Assembly: GCA_965242525.1 (NCBI GenBank)
Contig: OZ251459.1
Location: forward strand, 1,408,001-1,472,000
DNA: 64,000 bases
Source of the DNA: an uncultured Candidatus Binatia bacterium
GTDB taxonomy: Bacteria > Desulfobacterota > Binatia > UBA9968 > JAJDTQ01
Direction: 5' to 3'
Position 1 is the stretch's first letter. Each line of letters begins with the position of its first letter. Both the position numbers and the translations under genes were made by a program. Positions 1 through 9,625 of this stretch are shown piece after piece. The notes under the pieces are model-generated. The model worked only from the letters and a program-made list of their open reading frames with translations. It had not been told where the DNA came from and ran no database searches.

Positions 1-1020
1 CGCCTTCCGCAGCGCGAATTCGTCCCCTGCCCCGTCGAGCTCGAACGCCACGGTGATGGAGCCGCTGGGGTGCTCGACCTCCACCCGCTGCGAGAGAGCG
101 TCCGTGACCTCCGCGACGCCCTCGGCCACGGTCCCGGACGCCAGCGCGGCGCTGCCGACGCAGATGGCGCCGGAAACCGCATGGGCGGCGTGGCAGTCCG
201 CGGGCGTGAAGTAGCGGGAGGTCACCGCCCCGCCCCGCCGGGGCCGGGAGAGGATGCCGAACTTGGGGATGACCTGCCCTCGCACGTCGCCCAGGCCCAT
301 GCGCTCGCCGGCCACGAGCCGGACGGCTTCCAGCTTGTCCAGCAGCGCCCGGTTGGCGTCCAGTTCCCCCTTGCCCTCGTCGCCGCGCACGCCCATGCCC
401 TCCGCCGCGGCCAGGACCATGGGCATGGCCGCGTCCACGCAACTCACCTCGACCCCCAGGATGCGCTCCCGGCGGCTGCCGGTGGGGAACAGCGCCCCGG
501 TCTTGGAGCCCACCACTTCCATGAAGTTGAGCAGGATCGGCGCGGCGCTGCCGGGGACCCCGTCGATGACCGCGTCGCCGTCGTACTCCACGCGCCCGCC
601 GGGGGTCTCCACCACCGCCTCGATGAGCGAGTCGGTGTTGACGTTGCGGATGTGCACCACGGTCCTGGGGTCGTCCGCGGCCACCAACCCCCGGTCGATG
701 GCGAAGGGACCCACGCCGGCGAGCATGTTGCCGCAGGTGGGGCCGTAGTCCACGAACGCCCGGTCCACCGAGACCTGGCCGAAGAGATAGTCCACCTGCG
801 CCCAGTCATGGGCGGAGGGCGACACGATGGCGACCTTGCTGGTGAGGGTGGTGGCGCCGCCGATGCCGTCGATCTGCCGGTGGTCGGGGGACCCCATGGC
901 CGCCAACAGCACCCGGTCGCGTCCGAGTTCGTCCGCAGGCAACTCCCGGGCGAGGAAATACGGCCCCCGGGAAGTGCCGCCGCGCATCATGGTGCAGGGG
1001 ATCGCGGTCTGTCCGGCCAT
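1..1020 (-). CDS. PrpF-family isomerase (4-oxalomesaconate tautomerase-like), 3' end runs off the window
   Basis: Not in the ORF track. Manual minus-strand translation from ATG at 1020 gives MAGQTAIPCTMMRGGTSRGPYF...MGSPDHRQIDGIGGATTLTSKVAIVS...CGNMLAGVGPFAI, with the PrpF/GalD motifs MRGGTS(K/R)G, QIDGxGG, TSK and CGN. Confidence 0.9.
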   Translation of the reverse strand, partial: MAGQTAIPCTMMRGGTSRGPYFLARELPADELGRDRVLLAAMGSPDHRQIDGIGGATTLTSKVAIVSPSAHDWAQVDYLFGQVSVDRAFVDYGPTCGNMLAGVGPFAIDRGLVAADDPRTVVHIRNVNTDSLIEAVVETPGGRVEYDGDAVIDGVPGSAAPILLNFMEVVGSKTGALFPTGSRRERILGVEVSCVDAAMPMVLAAAEGMGVRGDEGKGELDANRALLDKLEAVRLVAGERMGLGDVRGQVIPKFGILSRPRRGGAVTSRYFTPADCHAAHAVSGAICVGSAALASGTVAEGVAEVTDALSQRVEVEHPSGSITVAFELDGAGDEFALRKA

Positions 1021-1191
1021 GTCCGTCTCCTGTGGTCCTCGTCCCCTCTACGGGAACGTCCTGACCATCGAGATATACACCATCGCCTCGGGATTGTCAG
1101 GGTTCCCGGTTCCGGCGGCGCAGGGTGGACACCTTCAAGGAAAAGCTGGTAGTGGGAAGGAGGGGGGATTCCAGGCAACCGGAGGGAACGC

Positions 1192-2253
1192 ATGCCGCTA
1201 CTCATCGACAACCGGATCGCGGAGCAGGCGCTCCGCATGGACGACGCCATCGAGGCCATGGAGAGCGCGCTGAGGCAGCTTTCCGAGGGCGACGCGGTCT
1301 ATCAACCCCGGACCGACCTCTGGTCCCCCACCGCCACCGTGGGCGACTACTTCCGCTGGGGCTCGCTGCTGGGCGCCATCAAGGACCCGCCCGTGCTCGC
1401 GTTCCGCTTCAAGCTGGACATCATGACCTGGCAGGAATACGACGGCGCGGTCACCGAGCACTGGTTCAACGTGGAGCCCGGCAAGTACTGCGGCATCATC
1501 CTGCTGGTGGATACGCGCACCGGCGAGCTGCTGTGCATCATGAACGACGGTTACCTCCAGAGCTACCGGGTGGGCGCCACCGCGGGGGTCGGGGTCAAGC
1601 ACCTGTCCCGGCCGGACTCCCGCGTCCTCGGCGTGCTCGGCTCCGGCGCCATGGCGCGCACCTACGCCATGGCCGCGTGCGCGGTTCGCCCCATCGAGCG
1701 CATCAAGGTCTTCAGCCCCACGCAGGCGAACCGGGAGGCCTACGCCAAACGCATGGCGGAGGCCCTGGGCCTGGAGGTGACCCCGGTGAACTCGGCCCGG
1801 GAGGCCATGAGCGGCGTGGACGTGGGGGCCACCTGCACGGACTCGCGCGTTCCGCTGTTCCGGTCCGACTGGCTCCAGACCGGCATGCACGTGGTGGACG
1901 TGCGCCCCGAAGAGCTGGAAGGGGACACCTACGACAAGGCCGACGTGGTCATCGGAACCTCCAACAACGCCGTCCTGAACTATGCCCTGGGGACCCCGGA
2001 AGAACGCGACCGGCGGCCCATCGACGACAACTACCGACGCCGCTACACGGACCGGAACCATACCACCCTGGCCCAGGTGCTCGCCGGGGAAAAGCCCGGC
2101 CGGGAGGACGACTCCCAGACCACGCTGCACCACAACTTCTCCGCCGGCATCCAGTTCGCCGCGGTGGGCCACCTGGTCTATCGCTACGCCAGGGAGCACG
2201 GCCTCGGGCGCCACCTGCCGCTGGAGTGGTTCCAGCAGGACATCCGAAACTAG
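1192..2253 (+). CDS. Ornithine cyclodeaminase/mu-crystallin family protein
   Basis: 353 aa; RVGATAGVG, Rossmann GVLGSGAMA, C-terminal GIQFAAVG; GGAGGG RBS upstream. Confidence 0.85.
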   Translation: MPLLIDNRIAEQALRMDDAIEAMESALRQLSEGDAVYQPRTDLWSPTATVGDYFRWGSLLGAIKDPPVLAFRFKLDIMTWQEYDGAVTEHWFNVEPGKYCGIILLVDTRTGELLCIMNDGYLQSYRVGATAGVGVKHLSRPDSRVLGVLGSGAMARTYAMAACAVRPIERIKVFSPTQANREAYAKRMAEALGLEVTPVNSAREAMSGVDVGATCTDSRVPLFRSDWLQTGMHVVDVRPEELEGDTYDKADVVIGTSNNAVLNYALGTPEERDRRPIDDNYRRRYTDRNHTTLAQVLAGEKPGREDDSQTTLHHNFSAGIQFAAVGHLVYRYAREHGLGRHLPLEWFQQDIRN

Positions 2254-2430
2254 CGGCCCGGGTTCCGAACCGGATCCGTCAGGCGCTCCAGGCTTTCGTG
2301 TGTGCAGGGTCCCACGGCGTAGAGCCCCCTCCTCCAGCGGGACGGACGGGTTGGGAGGCGGCGGCACGGCTGAGGGGACGGGCCCCCTGCACGGCACGGC
2401 CCGACCCGATTCGCCCCTCCCTCCCGCGCC

Positions 2431-3306
2431 ATGATCGAGCTGCTGCCCCAGGCCGTGGGCCTGTTCACCGCGTTGACCTACGCCGCCAGCATCATCTCTG
2501 CGCGCCGGGGCCTCCAGTACTCCAACGCCACCACGGTGACCTACCTTTCCCTCCTGTGCCAGACCGTGACCCTGTGGACCCTGGTGTTCCTCGTCACCGG
2601 CGTCCCGGTCGTGGACAGGACCTTTCTGCTGGCGGCCGTGCTCGTGGGTTTCCTCATGCCCATGGTCCGCCTGTTGACCTACACCGGCATCGCCAAGGTG
2701 GGAGCCGCCCGGGGCGCCGCGCTCCGGTCCACCCACCCGCTGTTCAGCGCCATGCTCGCCCTGACCTTCCTCGGGGAGACGGCCACCGCGCCGGGGCTCA
2801 CCGGGGTCTTCCTGGTGGTGGCGGGGATCGTCCTGATCTCCTGGCGGGAAGAAGGAAAGCGCGCCCCCGTCCCCTGGTGGCACAACCTGTACTCGGTCCT
2901 GGCCGCGGTCCTGGCCGCCCTGGTGCACAACCTCGTGCGTTTCTCGCTCCATTCGGCCGCCTACCCGGTGCTGTTCGCGGCCATCGTGGGCCTGGTTTCG
3001 CTGGCGACCTTCACCGGCTACCTGCTGGCGCGCCCGGGGTCCGACCGACCCCAGTGGAACCGCCGGGCCATGGCCCCTTTCCTGGCCACCGCGGCGCTGG
3101 AGAACCTGGGGTTCCTCCTGTTCAACGTGGCCCTCAGCATCGGGCCGGTGGTGCTGGTCACTCCCATGGTGGCCACCCAGCCCATGTGGGTGCTGCTCTT
3201 CACCGTGGTGTTCCTCCGCTCCATCGAGCTGGTGACGCCGCGGACGGTGGCGGGCAGCGTGGTGGTGGTGGCCGGCACCGTGGCCATCACTCTGGGCGGG
3301 TCCTGA
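2431..3306 (+). CDS. DMT/EamA family transporter
   Basis: 291 aa, about 10 hydrophobic segments in two repeats; PLFSAMLALTFLGE motif. Confidence 0.85.
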   Translation: MIELLPQAVGLFTALTYAASIISARRGLQYSNATTVTYLSLLCQTVTLWTLVFLVTGVPVVDRTFLLAAVLVGFLMPMVRLLTYTGIAKVGAARGAALRSTHPLFSAMLALTFLGETATAPGLTGVFLVVAGIVLISWREEGKRAPVPWWHNLYSVLAAVLAALVHNLVRFSLHSAAYPVLFAAIVGLVSLATFTGYLLARPGSDRPQWNRRAMAPFLATAALENLGFLLFNVALSIGPVVLVTPMVATQPMWVLLFTVVFLRSIELVTPRTVAGSVVVVAGTVAITLGGS

Positions 3307-3358
3307 CTCCGGCTCGCAACGCTCCGCCCTCCAACCCGGAAAGAAAGGCGTTCCCACC

Positions 3359-4594
3359 GTGTCCCTGCCCAACTGGCTCAACCCGCGCAACCCCGCGGTC
3401 CGCGATTTCCTCCTGCTGTACGGCAGCGCCCTCTTCTCCGGCGTCGGCTGGGGCATGGTGCTGCCCACCATCCCGGTGTTGACCGAGGCATTCGGGATCT
3501 CAGGAGGCATGGCCGCCCAGACGGTGACGGCGTGGGCCGCCGGCCGCCTGGCGGGCACCCCGGCCAGCGGTGTCATGCTCGACCGCACGGGGCCCCGGGC
3601 GATGATGGTGGGGGGCGCCGCGGTGACCGCGGCCGCGGCCCTGGCGGCCTCCGTGAGCCCGGCCTTCGCGGGCCTGCTGGCGGCGCTCTTCGTGGTCGGC
3701 GCCGCGGAATCCATCTGGGCCATGGGACGGGAGGTGGCCGGCATCGACTTGGCGCGCCAGAACCAGCGGGGGCGGGTCATGAGCGGGTTCCACGGGGTGC
3801 ACAACGCCGGGCTGACGCTGGGGCCGGTGCTCGGCGGCTTCCTGACCGTGGGCCTGGGCTTTCGCGCGGTGTTCGTGGCCCATGCCCTGTCCGGGGCGCT
3901 CGCGGCCCTGTGCGGACTCGGGGTGCGCGCGTCCGGCCGGCCCCGGCGTCCGGCGCCGCGGCCGGCTTCCGGGGGCATGGGTCCCCGTCACTGGGTGGGA
4001 AGGATGGTGGCGCTGTTCCGGGAGGTGGCGCCGCCGCTGCGAAGGACCTACGCGGTGCTGGTGTGCGCCACGTGCGTCAGCCTGATGTTCCGGCTGACCC
4101 TCCAGAGCATGCTGCCCCTCTACGCCGGGGTGCACCTGGGCTTCACGCCCGTGGAGGTGGGCCTGCTCTTCTCCATCTCCGGGACGCTGGTCTTCGCCAT
4201 GATCCTGCCCGCGGGGTTCGTGCTCGACAAGGTGGGCAGGAAATGGGCCACGGTGCCCAGCAACCTCATTCCCGCGGTGGTCTTCCTGATCATCCCGTTC
4301 GCCGACACCTTCGCCGGGCTTGCGGTGCTGGTGTCCCTCACCGGGGTCTCCAACGGCCTCTCCCTGGGCTGCCTGGCCACCTCCACTTACGACGTGGCGC
4401 CGCAACACGCCCGCGGCCGCCTGCAGGCCATGCGCCGGACCATCGCCGACCTGGTGGGTCTCGGCGCGCCCCTGGCCGGAGGATTCCTCGCCAACGCCTT
4501 CCACCCGGGAGTCCCCTTCCTGGCCCTCGCGCCGCTGCTGTGGCTCTCCACCCTGCTGCTGGCCTTCGGCACCAAGGAGACGCTGGAACGCTAG
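3359..4594 (+). CDS. MFS transporter
   Basis: 411 aa, about 12 TM; motif A-like GVMLDRTGPR and GFVLDKVGRK. Confidence 0.9.
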   Translation: MSLPNWLNPRNPAVRDFLLLYGSALFSGVGWGMVLPTIPVLTEAFGISGGMAAQTVTAWAAGRLAGTPASGVMLDRTGPRAMMVGGAAVTAAAALAASVSPAFAGLLAALFVVGAAESIWAMGREVAGIDLARQNQRGRVMSGFHGVHNAGLTLGPVLGGFLTVGLGFRAVFVAHALSGALAALCGLGVRASGRPRRPAPRPASGGMGPRHWVGRMVALFREVAPPLRRTYAVLVCATCVSLMFRLTLQSMLPLYAGVHLGFTPVEVGLLFSISGTLVFAMILPAGFVLDKVGRKWATVPSNLIPAVVFLIIPFADTFAGLAVLVSLTGVSNGLSLGCLATSTYDVAPQHARGRLQAMRRTIADLVGLGAPLAGGFLANAFHPGVPFLALAPLLWLSTLLLAFGTKETLER

Positions 4595-4637
4595 ATTGGT
4601 TCGAGTCCGTGGAGGCGATAGTCAGGGGCGTCGGGTC

Positions 4638-4676
4638 TCAACCGTATTGATGGCGAAGCAATTGGCTCCGTTTCAC
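4638..4676 (-). pseudogene. Truncated HicA-like toxin remnant (MKRSQLLRHQYG*)
   Basis: GTG start overlaps the hicB TGA (GTGA); 12 codons resemble HicA N-termini (MKRxxLxRHL) and then stop. Confidence 0.55.
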
Positions 4677-4888
4677 GAGAGAACAACTCGTTCTCGAATC
4701 GCCTCTGGGGAAGCACTACGCAATCCTTCCTCTCGACGATCCTCCAGGATGAGCGCGATGGCCTCCGCCAAACTCTCGCGGGCTTCCTCCCGGGTTCTGC
4801 CCTGACCATTCGAACCGGGAACCTCCGGGCAAAAGGCAATATACCAATCCCCGTCCCGCTCGATAATCGCCGTGAACTCGTTTCTCAT
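4673..4888 (-). CDS. hicB: HicB-family antitoxin
   Basis: MRNEFTAIIERDGDWYIAFCPEVPGSNGQGRTREEARESLAEAIALILE is a typical short HicB (partial RNase H fold); start moved to ATG 4888. Confidence 0.85.
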   Translation of the reverse strand: MRNEFTAIIERDGDWYIAFCPEVPGSNGQGRTREEARESLAEAIALILEDRREEGLRSASPEAIRERVVLS

Positions 4889-4972
4889 CGCTTCCGTCCT
4901 TTTGATGGCGACCGGCCGTCGCCGTCGCACGGCATCGAGGGGAACCTCGACGAATCGAGCTTCCCAAGCCCT

Positions 4973-5746
4973 CTACTCCGCGGGGTCCTTGGACCCCGGG
5001 GCCTGGGCCTCTTGCGGGTCGGACGATTCCAGGCGGTCGCGGAACCGTTCCGTGGCGGCCCAGGCCGCCTCGTAGCGGCGCCGGTCCATGCGGCCCCGCA
5101 TCAGCTCCACCCGCAGGAACAGGAAATAGGTCTGGATGACGTCCTGGCGGCAGTACTCGTGGATCTCCGCCAGCCGCCCTTCTTCCCACACTCCCTGGAC
5201 CATGGAACCGTCCATGGTCCCCTTGCCGCGCAGGCCGATGAGTTTGCACAGGAGGTCGAAGCCGCCGCGGACCCGGTTGACCCCGTAGTTGCCGACGAAC
5301 TCGTACAGGTCGTAATGGCCGTCCTCCGAGTACCGGTGACGGTGCCCGAACCGCTCGTTGAAATAGCGCGGCGCCTGGCAGCCGTACTTCAGCGCTTGCA
5401 GTTCCAGGACCGGGAGGTCGAAGTTGCGGCCGTTGAACGAGACCAGGGCGCCGGGGAACCGCTCCACCCGGTCCCAGAAGTCGCGCACGATGGCCTCTTC
5501 GCCGTAGTCGTCCTCGCACAGGGTCTCCACCTTGGCGAGGATGCCCTCGCCGTTCACCGAGCCCACCGCAATGGAGACCGGCACGTGGAAGGAGAGGGGA
5601 AGGAAGTCGCTGCCGGTCTGGGTCAGCCGCTCGGCCCGCAGCCGTTCGTACGCGTCCTGGTCCGAGACGTCTTCCCGGGAAAAGAGGACCGACTTGATCA
5701 GTTCCTTGTCGATACGGGTCTCGATGTCGAAGATGGCGTAGTTCAT
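4973..5746 (-). CDS. PolB-like DEDD 3'-5' exonuclease (DNA_pol_B_exo2-type)
   Basis: FDIET, SFNGRNFDLP, HYDL and YCRQDV motifs; start could be 5746 or 5776. Confidence 0.85.
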   Translation of the reverse strand: MNYAIFDIETRIDKELIKSVLFSREDVSDQDAYERLRAERLTQTGSDFLPLSFHVPVSIAVGSVNGEGILAKVETLCEDDYGEEAIVRDFWDRVERFPGALVSFNGRNFDLPVLELQALKYGCQAPRYFNERFGHRHRYSEDGHYDLYEFVGNYGVNRVRGGFDLLCKLIGLRGKGTMDGSMVQGVWEEGRLAEIHEYCRQDVIQTYFLFLRVELMRGRMDRRRYEAAWAATERFRDRLESSDPQEAQAPGSKDPAE

Positions 5747-5785
5747 CGCGTCCCTCGAAACGTCGAAGGCCTCCACCCCGACGGC

Positions 5786-6832
5786 TCAGTCCGGGACCAC
5801 CCGGAGCACCCGGTCCGCGGGGAGCTCCAGCGGCAGCCGCCGCCAGGACCCTCCTTCGTCATCGGAGACCAGGATGTCGCCCCTGCCCTTCTGGCCCGGA
5901 TCGCTGGAGCGGCCGCGGGACACCGCCCCCAGCCCGGCATAGACCCGTCCCGGACGGTCTGGATGCAGGGTCAACGCCCACACCATCTGCCGCATCCGGT
6001 CGGGCAGCCCGCGGCCGACCCCCACCCGCTCCCAACTCGCGGCCAGGTCGCGGCTGCGGAAGACCGCCCCCTGGGCCCGCTCGGGCCGGTCCCAGAAGCC
6101 CGGGGACTTGTCCGCGGTGGCGACCAGCATCACCGGCGGCGCCCCGGGCAGGAAGACGAAGTCGTGGAAATAGTCGCGGGTCATGCCGTTCTCGGCGCGC
6201 TGCCATCCGGCGCCGGGTTCGTCGCTGCGGAAGAAACCCCGGGCCGTGGCCGTGAACATGGGGCCGGCGCATTCCGGCACCGCGTCGATGTGGTGGATGT
6301 CCAGGTAGTCGATGCCCCGGCTCACGTCCTCGAAGTTCGCCCCCCGGTCGAAGGTGCGCACGATGCCGCCGTGCTCCAGGCACAGGTAGATCTCCCGCGG
6401 GTCATCGGGCGAGACGAATATGTGCCGGACGTGCTCCCGGTGGGGCGGGCGCGGATAGGTCCACTGGGCGCGCACCTCCGACGGCAGTTCCAGCAGGGCC
6501 GACAACTCCTCCCAGCTCTCGCCCCGGTCCTCGCTCCGGTAGAGCCGGATGGGCTCCGTGCCCGCATAGACCACCTCCGGGTCGGAAGGGTCCACCGTCA
6601 CCGCGCGCACGTTCTGCCGCAGCACCACGCGCCAACGGCGTCCGCCGTCGTCGCTGCGGCAGAGCCCCTGGCCGGCCACGCCGGCATAGACGGTCTCCGG
6701 CCTTTGCCGCGGCCCGTCCAGGGCGTCCACCGTGCCCGGAGGCAGGGAGACGTCGAGTTCCTCCCAAGCGTCTCCGCGGCCGCGCCACGCCTGCAAGCCT
6801 TCCTGGGTTCCCGCCAGTATCCGTTCAGCCAT
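5786..6832 (-). CDS. BNR/Asp-box beta-propeller protein (WD40/YVTN-like)
   Basis: Repeated Asp boxes: RSDDGGRRW, RSEDRGESW, RTFDRGANF, SDDEGGSW. Confidence 0.85.
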   Translation of the reverse strand: MAERILAGTQEGLQAWRGRGDAWEELDVSLPPGTVDALDGPRQRPETVYAGVAGQGLCRSDDGGRRWRVVLRQNVRAVTVDPSDPEVVYAGTEPIRLYRSEDRGESWEELSALLELPSEVRAQWTYPRPPHREHVRHIFVSPDDPREIYLCLEHGGIVRTFDRGANFEDVSRGIDYLDIHHIDAVPECAGPMFTATARGFFRSDEPGAGWQRAENGMTRDYFHDFVFLPGAPPVMLVATADKSPGFWDRPERAQGAVFRSRDLAASWERVGVGRGLPDRMRQMVWALTLHPDRPGRVYAGLGAVSRGRSSDPGQKGRGDILVSDDEGGSWRRLPLELPADRVLRVVPD

Positions 6833-7292
6833 TGCCGCCCGCCAGTTCCTCCACCGCGGCCATGACCTCTTCATAGGTCCCGCAGCGGCAGATGTTGCCC
6901 GAGAGGTAGTCGCGCACCCGGGCTTCGTCCGGCCCGGGATGCTCGTTCAGGAGTCCCTTGACGGCCATGATCATGCCGGGGGTGCAGAACCCGCACTGGA
7001 ACGCCTGGTGGTCCAGGAACGCCTGCTGCACCGGGTCGAGCCGGCCGTCCCGGCCCAGCCCCTCGATGGTCAGCACCTCCCGGCCCTCCGCGTTGCTGGC
7101 CAGCATCAGGCACGAGCTCACCGGCTTGCCGTCCACCAGCACCGTGCACGAGCCGCACACGCCCACGCTGCAACCCTCACGGGTCCCCTTGAGCCGCAGG
7201 TCGTCTCGCAGCACCTCCAGCAGGGTCTGGTGGGACTTGACCGAAAGCTCCCGCTGGCGTCCGTTGACGGTGGCGGTGATGAGGTGTCTCAC
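6825..7292 (-). CDS. Xanthine dehydrogenase-family 2x[2Fe-2S] small subunit (CoxS-like)
   Basis: GCSVGVCGSCTV, QCGFCTPG and NICRC motifs. Confidence 0.95.
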   Translation of the reverse strand: MRHLITATVNGRQRELSVKSHQTLLEVLRDDLRLKGTREGCSVGVCGSCTVLVDGKPVSSCLMLASNAEGREVLTIEGLGRDGRLDPVQQAFLDHQAFQCGFCTPGMIMAVKGLLNEHPGPDEARVRDYLSGNICRCGTYEEVMAAVEELAGGNG

Positions 7293-9625
7293 GGGACCTC
7301 CTCCCCGGACGAGCCCCCTTCCCCGCGGGCCAGGGCCTCCACGATCCGTTCCGGGCGGAGCGGCAGCTCGTTCAGGCGGACGCCGCCCAGGGCGTTGGCC
7401 ACCGCGTTGCCGATGGCCGGCGCCACCGCGGGGATCACCGCCTCGCCCACCCCCTTGGCGCCGAACGGGCCGTCCGGGTGGGGCGTCTCCACCAGCAGCG
7501 ACCGGAACCCGTCAGGGTGGTCTTCCATGGAAGGGAGCATGTATTCCAGCAGGCTGCCGTTCACCGGCTGGCCCTGCTCGAACACCATCTCCTCGAAGAA
7601 CGCCGCGCCCAGGGCCTCCAGCATGGAGCCCTGGTTCTGAAGCCCGCACTGCACCGGGTTGATGGCCTTGCCCACGTCCACCGACGTGGCCACGTTGACC
7701 ACCCGCACCTTGCCCGTGTCCACGTCCACCTCCACCTCCGCGCCGCACGCAGCGAAGAACCAGAAGGCCGCGGCCTTGCCCTTGCCCGTGCGGGGGTCGA
7801 GGCCGCCCCGGACCTGGAAGTTGCAGCTCCCGAAGACGCTGCCCACCGAGTCGCCGTACTTGACCTTCAGCAGTTGCGGCACGGTCAGGCCCCGGTCCGG
7901 CACGCCCTTGACCCGCACGCCCCCGGCGTCGAGCTCCAGGTCCGCCTTGTCCACTTCCAACCCTTGGGCGCCCGCCTCCAGTAGTTGTTCCCGCACTTCT
8001 TCCGCGGCCCGGAGCGCGGCGTTGCCCATGTGGAAGGTGGTGCGGCTGGAGCTGGTGGACTTGTCGTAGGGCGTCACGTCGGTGTCCGGCGCGGACACGG
8101 TGACCCGCTCCACCGGCAGGCCCAACCGCTCCGCCACGATTTGCGCCAGGCAGGTGCGCACTCCCTGCCCCATCTCCGTGCTGCTGGTCATGAGCATGAC
8201 CGAGCCGTCGCCGTTGAGGCGCACGCTGGCCGCGGACGCGGTGGGCGTGGTGGTGCTCTTCATGATGACCGCAAGGCCCTTGCCCCGGCGCAGCGGCCCG
8301 GACGCGGGCGCCGCCTCCAACTCCTCCGGCCCGCGCCAGCCGACGGCCGAAGCCGCCTGGCGGAGACAGTCCGAGACGCCCACCGACACCAGGGACTCCC
8401 CGGTCACGAACAGGTCGCCTTCCTGCACCAGGTTCCTGAGCCGAAGCTCCAGGGGATCCATGCGCAGATGCCGGGCGATCCGGTCCATCTCGGACTCGTA
8501 CGCCCAGGCCACGTGCGGCACCCCCACCCCCCGGTAGGGACCCGCGGGCGGAAGGTTGGTATAGACCGCGTAGGTGGTCAACCTGCGGTTGGGAACCCGG
8601 TACGGCCCGCTGGCCACGTAGGACCCGGTCTTGGCGTTGGCTGGTCCGGAGAGCGCGTACGCCCCCAGGTCGTAGAACGCCTCCACTTCCCGGGCCACCA
8701 GGCGGCCGTCCCGCTTGAACCCGGTCCTGATCCTGACGAACCCGCCGTACCGGCGCCCGGTGAGGAACACTTCCTCACGGGTGAGCAGCCACCGGACCGG
8801 CCGTCCGGCCTTGCGCGCCAGCAGCGCGGCCACCGGCTCCAGGCGGGCATGGGTCTTGCCGCCGTAACCGCCGCCCACGAACGGGACCACCACCCGCACG
8901 CCGCTTTCGGGCAGGTCGAAGATGCGCGCCAACTGCTCCTGGAGCCCCACCGCGTTCTGGCACGGCGTATGCACCACCAGCCGGTTGGGAGACTCCCACA
9001 CCGCGGTGGCCACGTGGGGCTCGATGTGGCCGTGCTGCACCGGCGGCATGCGGTAGGCGCCTTCGAAGACCTCGTCGGACTCGCCGAAACCCGCGTCCAC
9101 GTCCCCGTCCGCGGCCCGGAACACGCTGCACACGTTGCCGCCGGCGTTGAGGTTGAGCTGTTCCCGGAAGACCGCGGCCTTGGTCTCGAAGCGCTCCTCG
9201 TGGATCACCGGCGCGCCGGGCCTGGCCGCCTCCACCACGTCGAAGACCGCGGGCAGGGGCTCGTACTCCGCCTCGATCAACTCCACCGCCTCCTCCGCGA
9301 TCTCCAACTCCTCAGCGGCCACCGCGGCCACCAAGTCGCCCACGCAGCGCACCCGGTCCATGGCCAGCACCGGCTGGTCCTCCACCACCGCGCCGTAGTA
9401 CGGGTTCAGGCCTTCCAGGTCGTCCCGGGTCACCACCGCGACCACCCCCGGCAAGGCCGCGGCCCGGCTCGCGTCCACCTTCAGCAACCGGGCGTGGGGA
9501 TGGGGACTGCGCAGGACCTTGGCGTGGAGCAGGCCCGGCAACTCCAGGTCCGCGGTGTACTGGGCAACGCCCGAGACCTTGGCGACGCCGTCCACCCGCG
9601 GCGTGTTGCCGCCCACCGCGCTCAT
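7289..9625 (-). CDS. Xanthine dehydrogenase-family molybdopterin-binding large subunit
   Basis: Likely start MSAVGGNTPRVDGVAKVSG (9625 or 9631); GGGYGGK, PYRGVG, EMGQG and GAKGVGE motifs. Confidence 0.93.
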   Translation of the reverse strand: MSAVGGNTPRVDGVAKVSGVAQYTADLELPGLLHAKVLRSPHPHARLLKVDASRAAALPGVVAVVTRDDLEGLNPYYGAVVEDQPVLAMDRVRCVGDLVAAVAAEELEIAEEAVELIEAEYEPLPAVFDVVEAARPGAPVIHEERFETKAAVFREQLNLNAGGNVCSVFRAADGDVDAGFGESDEVFEGAYRMPPVQHGHIEPHVATAVWESPNRLVVHTPCQNAVGLQEQLARIFDLPESGVRVVVPFVGGGYGGKTHARLEPVAALLARKAGRPVRWLLTREEVFLTGRRYGGFVRIRTGFKRDGRLVAREVEAFYDLGAYALSGPANAKTGSYVASGPYRVPNRRLTTYAVYTNLPPAGPYRGVGVPHVAWAYESEMDRIARHLRMDPLELRLRNLVQEGDLFVTGESLVSVGVSDCLRQAASAVGWRGPEELEAAPASGPLRRGKGLAVIMKSTTTPTASAASVRLNGDGSVMLMTSSTEMGQGVRTCLAQIVAERLGLPVERVTVSAPDTDVTPYDKSTSSSRTTFHMGNAALRAAEEVREQLLEAGAQGLEVDKADLELDAGGVRVKGVPDRGLTVPQLLKVKYGDSVGSVFGSCNFQVRGGLDPRTGKGKAAAFWFFAACGAEVEVDVDTGKVRVVNVATSVDVGKAINPVQCGLQNQGSMLEALGAAFFEEMVFEQGQPVNGSLLEYMLPSMEDHPDGFRSLLVETPHPDGPFGAKGVGEAVIPAVAPAIGNAVANALGGVRLNELPLRPERIVEALARGEGGSSGEEVP

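Noticed and set aside
70-1152. 360-aa plus-strand ORF in the track
   Set aside because: Antisense shadow of the real minus-strand PrpF-family gene.
4596-4612. tRNA T-arm-like GGTTCGAGTCC (possible tRNA or att remnant)
   Set aside because: The stem pairs poorly, no cloverleaf or CCA end can be built, and no second copy was seen.
7289-9625. Aerobic CO dehydrogenase (coxL)
   Set aside because: Lacks the AYxCSFR loop, and no coxDEFG accessory genes are present.
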